Positions 56,666 through 64,000 of a stretch of DNA of 64,000 nucleotides are shown in pieces. Numbering within the stretch: position 1 is the stretch's first letter; the number at the start of each line of letters is the position of its first letter. Source of the DNA: Clostridia bacterium (GTDB taxonomy: Bacteria > Bacillota > Clostridia > CAKSNL01 > HGM11501); contig JAZQAZ010000008.1 in NCBI GenBank assembly GCA_045545475.1, forward strand, positions 32,001-96,000, in the 5' to 3' direction. The notes under the pieces were generated by a model that was not told where the DNA came from, searched no databases, and was given only the letters and a program-made list of their open reading frames with translations. Position numbers and translations under genes: made by a program.

Positions 56666-57463
56666 ATGCAAAAACCATGGCTTGGATATGTAAAACCTCT
56701 AAGAATATGGGGAAATCTGTATTTTGTGGGGACAAGACCTGCATCTACACATATTATCGATACGGGAGAAGGACTTATAATGCTTGATTCAGGATATCAG
56801 CAATCACTGTATCTTGTGCTTCACAATATGCATCTATTGGGGCTTAATCCACTTGATTTGAAGTACATAGTTCACACCCACGGTCATATTGACCATTTCG
56901 GAGCAACAAGAGCTATTGTTGAACTAACAGGGGCAAAGACATTTCTTGGCAGAGCAGACAGAGGATATGCAAACGGAAAACTTGACCTTTCCTATGCAAA
57001 AGAACTTAATATGAATTTTTCAGAAACCTTTGAGCCGGATATTCTGCTTGATGACGGTGATGTAATTGAGCTTGGAAACACAAAAATAACTGCTGTTGCA
57101 ACTCCGGGACATACACCGGGAGCAATGTCATATTTCTTTAATGTATATAAAAAAAACAAAGTTATGCGCGCAGGGCTTCATGGAGGTATGGGAATTAATA
57201 CACTAAGCCGTGAATTTCTTGATAAATATTGCCTTCCATATTCACTACGTGATGACTTTGTAAAATCAATGAAGAAATTAAATGAAGAGAAGGTTGATAT
57301 TTTTTTAGGCAACCATATGCAGCACAACAAAACCGAGGAAAAAGCAGAAAGAGTAGTAAAAGGCGAGACTGATGCTTTTATAAATCCTGACGAGTGGAGA
57401 CTGTATAATTTGTGGTGTATAGAAAATTTAAAGAATATGATTGAGGTGGAAAGTAAAATTTGA
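56666..57463 (+). CDS. Metallo-beta-lactamase-fold hydrolase, subclass-B3-like
   Basis: KPLRIWGNLYFVGT, HTHGHIDH, TPGHTPG, FLGNH; no signal peptide; RBS aggagg. Confidence 0.8.
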   Translation: MQKPWLGYVKPLRIWGNLYFVGTRPASTHIIDTGEGLIMLDSGYQQSLYLVLHNMHLLGLNPLDLKYIVHTHGHIDHFGATRAIVELTGAKTFLGRADRGYANGKLDLSYAKELNMNFSETFEPDILLDDGDVIELGNTKITAVATPGHTPGAMSYFFNVYKKNKVMRAGLHGGMGINTLSREFLDKYCLPYSLRDDFVKSMKKLNEEKVDIFLGNHMQHNKTEEKAERVVKGETDAFINPDEWRLYNLWCIENLKNMIEVESKI

Positions 57464-57538
57464 TTTCAGCCTGAAGTATAATAATCAAGTATAGTTTATT
57501 ACTTTGCTTTATAGGCACGCTTATGTTTTTATAATACG

Positions 57539-57563
57539 AAAGAGAGCTAAAGGCTCTCTTTTT
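57539..57563 (+). terminator. Intrinsic terminator
   Basis: aaagagagct-aaa-ggctctcttt plus T run. Confidence 0.7.
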
Positions 57564-57565
57564 GT

Positions 57566-57594
57566 TTGACTTTAACTTAAGCGTGTGGTAAAAT
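57566..57594 (+). promoter_or_regulatory. sigma-A promoter
   Basis: TTGACT-17-TAAAAT with TG extension. Confidence 0.6.
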
Positions 57595-57643
57595 TGTAAA
57601 GGATTAATCGTTAAGATAAAATACTTAAACCGGAGTTTATATT

Positions 57644-58099
57644 ATGATAAAAATTTTATTTATATGCCACGGAAATATATGTCGTAGTCCGATGGCGGAA
57701 TTTGTTTTCAAAAATATCGTAGAAAAAGCAGGATTGGGTGATAAATTCCTTGTGGCATCCGCTGCCACAAGCTTTGAGGAAATCGGTAATCCCGTACATA
57801 GAGGTACAGCAAGGATACTGGACAGACTTAAAATATCATACTCAGAAAAAAGAGCCGTACATTTAGAAAAAACTGACTACGAAAAATACGATTATTTAAT
57901 ATGCATGGACAGTGCTAATGTCCGGAACACCCTTCGGATAGTTGGAAATCATCCTGACAACAAAATATATAAATTAATGGAATTTGCAGGTTCTGATAAG
58001 GATGTGGCTGATCCGTGGTACACAGGGGACTTCGAGAAAACGTATGAAGATATTTTAGCAGGATGCACGGGACTTTTTAAAAAACTTAAGAAAGCGTGA
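57644..58099 (+). CDS. Low-molecular-weight protein tyrosine phosphatase
   Basis: FICHGNICRSPMAE P-loop; VADPWYTG. Confidence 0.93.
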   Translation: MIKILFICHGNICRSPMAEFVFKNIVEKAGLGDKFLVASAATSFEEIGNPVHRGTARILDRLKISYSEKRAVHLEKTDYEKYDYLICMDSANVRNTLRIVGNHPDNKIYKLMEFAGSDKDVADPWYTGDFEKTYEDILAGCTGLFKKLKKA

Positions 58100-58902
58100 G
58101 TATTTTGTTTACCAAAGAAGAATTGATAAAACAGCTTGAAGAAATGAACGCCCCGAAAAATTCGGTGGTATTAATGCACACTTCCTTAAAGGCAATAGGC
58201 GAAACCGAAGGAAGGGCAGAGGGACTCCTTGAAACCTTGATTGAATATTTTACAGCCGATGGCGGTCTTTTCTTAATCCCCACACACACCTGGGCTAATC
58301 TTAAGAACCCGGACAAAATAACAATGGATGTAAAAAGCGACGAAAGCTGTATCGGGGTTTTCCCTTCCGTTGCACTTCGCCATCCTTCTGGCGTAAGAAG
58401 CCTTCATCCCACTCATTCAATGGTGGTGTTCGGAGACAGAAAAAAAGCTGAGGAATATGTAAAGGGTGAAGAAAATATAACTACATCCACAAGCGGAAAA
58501 GGTTGTTATGGAAAGCTTTATGATTATGACGGATATGTTTTCCTTGTGGGTGTGGGGCAGGAGAGAAACACTTACATTCACTCGGTTGAAGAGATGCTTG
58601 ATGTTCCCTTCCGTCTTTCCGAGAAAGCGGTAAGGACAACCATAAAGCTTGAAAACGGTGAGATTGTGGAAAGATTTATCCACCATCACGACGGAATTCC
58701 TCATATCTCCGAGCGTTATGTAAAGTATGAGCCGGCGTTCCGCCATTTCGGAATAGTGAAAGACGGAAAACTCGGCAATGCCGACACAATGCTGATCAGC
58801 GCAAAGAAAATTTACGATGTGGTAAAATTAATCAGAGAGCGCTCGGGCGGAGCCGAGCTTATGGCAGATTTTGAGCCTCTGGATGAAGCACTTTATAAAT
58901 AA
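58096..58902 (+). CDS. AAC(3)/YokD-family N-acetyltransferase
   Basis: VLMHTSLKAIG, LIPTHTW, RSLHPTHS, VGVG..NTYIHSVEE. Confidence 0.82.
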   Translation: MSILFTKEELIKQLEEMNAPKNSVVLMHTSLKAIGETEGRAEGLLETLIEYFTADGGLFLIPTHTWANLKNPDKITMDVKSDESCIGVFPSVALRHPSGVRSLHPTHSMVVFGDRKKAEEYVKGEENITTSTSGKGCYGKLYDYDGYVFLVGVGQERNTYIHSVEEMLDVPFRLSEKAVRTTIKLENGEIVERFIHHHDGIPHISERYVKYEPAFRHFGIVKDGKLGNADTMLISAKKIYDVVKLIRERSGGAELMADFEPLDEALYK

Positions 58903-58938
58903 AATCCCCCCCCGATGCCCTTCATCGGGGGGGATTTT
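58901..58938. terminator. Bidirectional terminator
   Basis: aaaat-C run-gatg-ccctt-catc-G run-atttt between convergent genes. Confidence 0.85.
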
Positions 58939-59839
58939 ATGCTTTGACGATAACGGATGAATCGTTTTCCACATTGATTTTATCGGGTGATGTTTTGAAA
59001 TATGCACTTTCGGGAAAGTCGTAATTCTGTTTAAGAAATTCTGTTGGTGTGCTTCCGGTTATTGATTTGAATACACGGTTAAAAGTTCTTATATTGTTAA
59101 AGCCGGAGCTTAAGGCAATATCTAAAACGGATGCCCTGTTTTCGCGAAGAAGCCTTACGGCATTTTCTATGCGGAGCATATTTATATATCCTGTATAGCT
59201 TATGCCAAGCATTTTTTTGAAAAGTCTTGAAAAGTGACATTCGCTCAACCTCAGTTTTCCTGCAGGAATACTTAACGGTATTTCTTCAGAAAAATGCTCG
59301 GAAAGAAAAATAAGCACATTTTGCATATCGGAAAAAAGACGGCTTCTTTTGCTTTTCGGATTTTCTGTATTATCCTCAGGGATTACCCGCTTTACCGAAT
59401 ACCACAAAAGAGATATTTTAGCTTTCACAATATCTTTATAATAGCTCTTTTTTTCGTTAAGCTCTGTTTTTGCATCGTGGAAGATATTTTTTACTTCTTC
59501 GGAAAGTCCGTTTTTTTTAAGAGTTTCTTCGCATATAAGATGAGAGGAGGATTCAGGACGGTAGGATTTTATGAGGGATGGATCGATGAGCATAAAGTTA
59601 AGGGTATTGTTCGCGTTTACAGCTGGGCTTAAATGTGTTTCTCCGCTGTTTACGATGATTAAGTCGCCCTTTTTGGCATAAAAGTTTTTTCCCGAAATAT
59701 TAACGGTGGTGTTGCCTTCTTTGACATATATAAGTTCGATCTCCTTGTGCCAATGAGGGAGAAAACCCATGTTTTCATACTCTCCTGTCCATACGGGAAA
59801 ATCCTCGGCATATTTTCTGACTTCGTTAAAAATTTTCAC
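58937..59839 (-). CDS. AraC-family regulator (cupin sensor domain)
   Basis: LPHWHKEIELIYV; SGFNNIRTFNRVFKSITGSTP; probable GTG start at 59839 after gaggtg. Confidence 0.88.
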   Translation of the reverse strand: MKIFNEVRKYAEDFPVWTGEYENMGFLPHWHKEIELIYVKEGNTTVNISGKNFYAKKGDLIIVNSGETHLSPAVNANNTLNFMLIDPSLIKSYRPESSSHLICEETLKKNGLSEEVKNIFHDAKTELNEKKSYYKDIVKAKISLLWYSVKRVIPEDNTENPKSKRSRLFSDMQNVLIFLSEHFSEEIPLSIPAGKLRLSECHFSRLFKKMLGISYTGYINMLRIENAVRLLRENRASVLDIALSSGFNNIRTFNRVFKSITGSTPTEFLKQNYDFPESAYFKTSPDKINVENDSSVIVKA

Positions 59840-59871
59840 AGGTATCACCTCACTTTGATTATAGCAAAAAC

Positions 59872-59934
59872 AACAAAAAATGTCCATAGTAAAACATAAA
59901 TTGACGAGATTTGTTAAAAAAATGATGATATAAT
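59872..59934 (+). promoter_or_regulatory. Activator-type promoter with 21-nt-period direct repeat
   Basis: aacaaaaaatgtcca (59872) and aacataaattgacga (59893); TGaTATAAT at 59926-59934. Confidence 0.55.
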
Positions 59935-59959
59935 GGTAATGTGGAAAGAGGTGATGGGA

Positions 59960-61534
59960 TTGATTAAAGAAAAAATCAAATCGGGAAAAACATTTTTGGG
60001 AATAGAACTTGGCTCAACCAGAATAAAAGCTTCTTTGATTGATGACTCTTTTTCTCCCGTTGCAAGCGGAAGCTTTGAATGGGAAAACCGTCTTGAAAAC
60101 GGCTATTGGACATATTCTTTAGATGACGTTGATAAAGGGATAAAGGCGTGCTATAAGGTACTTTCCGAGGAAGTATCGGAAAGATACGGTGTAAGAATAG
60201 AAACCTTTGGGGCAATCGGAGTTTCTGCAATGATGCACGGCTATCTGGCTTTTGACAAAGAGGACAATCTGCTTACGCCTTTCAGGACATGGAGAAATAC
60301 AACAACGGAAGAAGCGGCAAAGATACTCTCTGATGCCTTCGATTTCAATGTTCCGCAAAGGTGGAGCATAGCACATCTTTATCAGGCAATTTTAAATAAA
60401 GAGGATTATATTGATAAAATTTCTTATATAACAACCCTTTCGGGATACATTCATTATCTGCTTACGGGAAAGCACGAAATAGGCATCGGCGACGCTTCTG
60501 GAATGTTTCCTGTTGATGGTGCGGACTATGATAAAAAAATGCTTGATAAATTCGATTGCCTCGTTAAGGAAGAAAAGCTTATTTGTAAAGCGAGAGAAAT
60601 GCTGCCCGTGGTTAAAGTGGCAGGAGAAAATGATTCGTATCTTACCGAAAGGGGAGCTTTGTTTTTAGATCCCACGGGAACTTTGAAGCCGGGAATTTTA
60701 ATGTGTCCTCCGGAAGGAGATGCAGGAACCGGAATGGTTGCGACAAATTCGGTTTTGCCTAAAACGGGCAATATCTCTGCTGGAACATCGGTTTTTTCAA
60801 TGCTTGTCTTGGAAAAACCGCTTAAGGAAAGACATCCTGAGGTGGACATAGTAACCACTCCTTCAGGCGAAAGTGTGGCTATGGTTCATTGCAATAACTG
60901 CAGTAACGAGCTTGACTCCTGGGTAAATATATTTTGCGAGTTTTCGGAGCTTATGGGATATAAAGAAGATAAAAGCACGGTTTATGAAAAGCTATACAAT
61001 CTTGCTTTAAGCGGAAACAGTGACGGATTGGTGGCTTATAATTATTTGTCCGGCGAGCATATAACTGATATAAAAAAAGGCAAACCTATGTATTTCAGAT
61101 TGCCTGAAAAGAAAATGCATCTTGCCGATTTTATTAAAGCACAGCTCAATTCCGCATTTGCAACTTTATCCATCGGTATGGACATTCTTTTCCGCGAGGA
61201 AAATGTCAGGGCAGAGCTTTTTACGGCTCACGGTGGGATTTTCAAAACTAAGGGTGTTGCACAGAAAATTCTTGCAGACGCTCTTGATACTCCCGTATCC
61301 GTAATGGAAACCTCCGGAGAAGGAGGAGCATGGGGAATGGCTCTTTTGGCCGCATATGCAGTGCTTGGCAGGGATAAAACTTTGGGCGAATGGCTTGAAA
61401 GCGAAGTTTTTAAGAATGATAAAGGCACAATCATAAATCCCGATAAAGAAGCAGTAAGGGATTTTAATAATTATAAAAAATTATTTTTATCAGGACTTAA
61501 AGCAGAAAGTGCTTTGGAAGAAATAAAAGGTTAA
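59960..61534 (+). CDS. FGGY-family pentulose kinase (ribulokinase/xylulokinase-like)
   Basis: [49 protein letters not shown]; start probably TTG 59960 or ATG 59954 after gaggtg. Confidence 0.85.
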   Translation: MIKEKIKSGKTFLGIELGSTRIKASLIDDSFSPVASGSFEWENRLENGYWTYSLDDVDKGIKACYKVLSEEVSERYGVRIETFGAIGVSAMMHGYLAFDKEDNLLTPFRTWRNTTTEEAAKILSDAFDFNVPQRWSIAHLYQAILNKEDYIDKISYITTLSGYIHYLLTGKHEIGIGDASGMFPVDGADYDKKMLDKFDCLVKEEKLICKAREMLPVVKVAGENDSYLTERGALFLDPTGTLKPGILMCPPEGDAGTGMVATNSVLPKTGNISAGTSVFSMLVLEKPLKERHPEVDIVTTPSGESVAMVHCNNCSNELDSWVNIFCEFSELMGYKEDKSTVYEKLYNLALSGNSDGLVAYNYLSGEHITDIKKGKPMYFRLPEKKMHLADFIKAQLNSAFATLSIGMDILFREENVRAELFTAHGGIFKTKGVAQKILADALDTPVSVMETSGEGGAWGMALLAAYAVLGRDKTLGEWLESEVFKNDKGTIINPDKEAVRDFNNYKKLFLSGLKAESALEEIKG

Positions 61535-61550
61535 TCAGGAGGCGTTGAAA

Positions 61551-63344
61551 ATGGCTGTTAACAGACTTATAGGAGACTATCCGGTAATAGGAATAAGACC
61601 GACAATTGACGGAAGACGAGGTGTCTTGAAAGTAAGAGAATCATTGGAAGAGCAGACAATGAATATGGCGAAATCCGCTGCAAAATTACTTTCTGAAAAT
61701 CTCAGATATACAAACGGAGAACCCGTTAAGGTAATAATTGCCGACACCACCATAGGAAGAGTGGCGGAAGCCGCTGCCTGCGAGGAAAAATTCAAAAAAG
61801 CGGGCGTTGATATAACATTGACCGTTACACCCTGCTGGTGCTACGGCTCCGAAACTATGGATATGAATAAAAATACCATTAAGGCTGTATGGGGCTTTAA
61901 CGGAACGGAACGTCCTGGTGCTGTGTACCTTGCATCTGTCTTGGCATCCCATGCACAGAAAGGGCTTCCTGCCTTCGGAATTTACGGACACGATGTTCAA
62001 AATGCCGACGACACCGAAATCCCCGAAGATGTAAAAGAAAAAATCCTCCGTTTCGGCAGAGCGGCAATTGCCGTTGCAACAATGAGAGGGAAGAGTTATC
62101 TTCAGATTGGCTCAATCTGTATGGGCATTGCAGGCTCTATTATAAGCCCCGAATTTTTTGAGGAATATCTGGGTATGCGTGTTGAGTCTGTTGACGAGGT
62201 TGAAATAATCCGCCGTATGAGTGAAGGCATTTATGATGAAGAGGAATACAATAAGGCACTTAAATGGGCAAGGGAAAAGTGCAAAATCGGCTTCGACAAA
62301 AATCCCGGAGAATTTCAGATTTCCGAAGAGAAAAAGGAAGAACAGTTTGCCTTTGTGGTAAAGATGATGTGCATCATTAAAGACCTTATGAACGGAAACG
62401 AAAATCTTCCGGGAGGATGCGAGGAGGAAATGGTTGGGCATAATGCTATTGCCGCAGGTTTCCCCGGACAGCGCCAGTGGACAGACTTTTACCCCAACTG
62501 CGACTTCCCCGAAGCTATGCTTAACACTTCCTTTGACTGGAACGGTGCAAGAGAGCCTTATATCCTTGCAACGGAAAACGATACGTTAAATGGTGTGGGT
62601 ATGCTTTTCGGTAAGCTTCTTACAAACACCGCACAGATTTTCGCCGATGTAAGAACCTACTGGAGTCCCGAAGCCGTTAAAAAGGCAACCGGCTATGACA
62701 TTGAAGGAAAAGCAAAGGAAGCAGGCGGTTTTATTCATCTTATCAATTCGGGTGCTGCAGCTCTTGATACCACAGGTGCATCAAAGGATGAAAACGGAAA
62801 CGGCTGCATAAAGCCCTGGTATGAAATGAGTAAATCCGATATAGATGCCTGCCTTTCCGAGACCACTTGGAATATGGCTGATCTGGGCTATTTCAGAGGC
62901 GGAGGATATTCATCGAGATTTTTAACAAGAGCCGAAATGCCGGTTACAATGATGAGATTGAATCTTGTAAAAGGTCTCGGGCCCGTAATCCAGATTGCAG
63001 AAGGATGGACGGTTTCTCTTCCTGACGAGGTATCGGATATCCTCTGGAAAAGAACAGACTATACCTGGCCCTGCACATGGTTTACACCCAGAGTAACAGG
63101 CGAGGGTGCTTTCAAAACTGCATATGATGTTATGAATAACTGGGGTGCAAACCACGGTGCAATCAGCTACGGTCACATCGGTGCGGATTTAATAACAATG
63201 TGCTCGATGCTCAGAATACCTGTTTGTATGCATAACGTACCAGAAGAAAAAATCTTCCGTCCCGCAAGCTGGAATGCTTTCGGTATGGATAAAGAAGGTG
63301 CAGATTACAGAGCCTGCACTGCATACGGACCTCTTTATAAATAA
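61551..63344 (+). CDS. fucI: L-fucose / D-arabinose isomerase
   Basis: [51 protein letters not shown]. Confidence 0.95.
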   Translation: MAVNRLIGDYPVIGIRPTIDGRRGVLKVRESLEEQTMNMAKSAAKLLSENLRYTNGEPVKVIIADTTIGRVAEAAACEEKFKKAGVDITLTVTPCWCYGSETMDMNKNTIKAVWGFNGTERPGAVYLASVLASHAQKGLPAFGIYGHDVQNADDTEIPEDVKEKILRFGRAAIAVATMRGKSYLQIGSICMGIAGSIISPEFFEEYLGMRVESVDEVEIIRRMSEGIYDEEEYNKALKWAREKCKIGFDKNPGEFQISEEKKEEQFAFVVKMMCIIKDLMNGNENLPGGCEEEMVGHNAIAAGFPGQRQWTDFYPNCDFPEAMLNTSFDWNGAREPYILATENDTLNGVGMLFGKLLTNTAQIFADVRTYWSPEAVKKATGYDIEGKAKEAGGFIHLINSGAAALDTTGASKDENGNGCIKPWYEMSKSDIDACLSETTWNMADLGYFRGGGYSSRFLTRAEMPVTMMRLNLVKGLGPVIQIAEGWTVSLPDEVSDILWKRTDYTWPCTWFTPRVTGEGAFKTAYDVMNNWGANHGAISYGHIGADLITMCSMLRIPVCMHNVPEEKIFRPASWNAFGMDKEGADYRACTAYGPLYK

Positions 63345-63347
63345 CAT

Positions 63348-63378
63348 AAAAAAATGCAGACAAAAGTCTGCATTTTTT
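63348..63378. terminator. Bidirectional terminator
   Basis: aaaaaatgcagac-aaaa-gtctgcatttttt. Confidence 0.85.
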
Positions 63379-64000
63379 ACTTTGTGTGTTTTTTCCGCCA
63401 TACACTTGGGGAAAGACCTGTTTTTGATTTGAATACGGTGGCAAAGTGGGTGCCGGATGAAAAGCCTGTATCTTCAGCAATGGCATCTACAGTGGCGTTG
63501 GTATTAATAAGCCAACGGCAGGCAATTTTTATTCGCTCTTCAATAATTGCCGTGTGTAGCGTTTTGCCCGTAGCCTTTTTGAAAGCCGATTCAAGATAAA
63601 CGGGGTGATAGCCGAAATGCTTTGCAATTTCCTTGGTTGATTTTATTTCGGTTGCGTTAATTGCAATATAACCGTTTATTTTTGAGGCAAGGAGTGTTTC
63701 GGGATTTTCATTTTTGTTACTTATACTTGCAAGAATAACTTTAAGCTTTCCGGAGCAAAGAGCATCGGTAGAATCATCCTGATTTTTGAATGAACCTGTT
63801 ATATCTTTAAGGTCCGATTCCAAATGCTGTAGATTATGAAGAACTGTCGGTTTTTCAAATCCTTTTATAAGCATAGGGTCAAAGAGGAATTTTTCATCAA
63901 ACTGATTTTCGGGTGGAGGCGAAAGAAAAGTTTTGTTATAATCAAGAGAGCGGGTTACGTCAAAATTTATAACAATAACCTTCATTTTACCTCTGAAATG
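63377..64000 (-). CDS. AraC-family regulator, probably truncated at its 5' end by the window edge
   Basis: IAKHFGYHPVYL..TGFSSGTHFATVFKSKTGLSP; the frame stays open upstream of ATG 63985 (HFRGKM) to the window end. Confidence 0.8.
   Translation of the reverse strand, partial: HFRGKMKVIVINFDVTRSLDYNKTFLSPPPENQFDEKFLFDPMLIKGFEKPTVLHNLQHLESDLKDITGSFKNQDDSTDALCSGKLKVILASISNKNENPETLLASKINGYIAINATEIKSTKEIAKHFGYHPVYLESAFKKATGKTLHTAIIEERIKIACRWLINTNATVDAIAEDTGFSSGTHFATVFKSKTGLSPSVWRKKHTK

Noticed and set aside
58905-58934. Poly-C/poly-G tracts as a phase-variation site
   Set aside because: They are the two arms of a bidirectional terminator outside coding and promoter sequence
63354-63599. 81-aa plus-strand ORF after fucI
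   Set aside because: Starts inside the terminator hairpin and is antisense to the AraC gene
1-64000. rRNA, tRNA, prophage, integrase, transposase or known defence genes
   Set aside because: No such motifs recognised by eye; a covariance-model or HMM scan would be needed to exclude small RNAs

Overview
Chromosomal window of a spore-forming, AT-rich Clostridia-type Firmicute (spoIIID, cdaA-cdaR, consensus sigma-A promoters, many intrinsic terminators). It holds about 55 genes: three large secreted modular proteins ending in a copper-amine-oxidase N-terminal-like domain, an XRE-HTH/GlmM fusion operon with a GlmU acetyltransferase half and nagB, housekeeping genes (rodA, prmA, citrate synthase, RqcH/NFACT, membrane pyrophosphatase, wecB, cdaA-cdaR, yceD-rpmF), a csoR-copA copper locus, cysK-metQ-metN-metI, a complete 8-gene aromatic amino acid operon (pheA-aroB-aroC-aroE/K-aroQ-aroA-tyrA-aroF), and several AraC-controlled catabolic units including an FGGY kinase plus fucI. 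I saw no rRNA, tRNA, CRISPR array, transposase or prophage. The best find is absent from the ORF track: a 55-codon leader ORF upstream of the aro operon containing FFEVSFFACFRFFYYYYF, followed by mutually exclusive antiterminator and terminator hairpins. This looks like a dual Phe/Tyr ribosome-stalling attenuator in a Firmicute. Other notable items are an XRE-GlmM fusion with a candidate operator, a circularly permuted MetQ, an in-frame internal start in copA that could release a CopZ-like chaperone, an orphan protein with an EF-Tu domain-II-like barrel, and a nested-hairpin intergenic element. All family calls come from motif recognition by eye; no searches were run.
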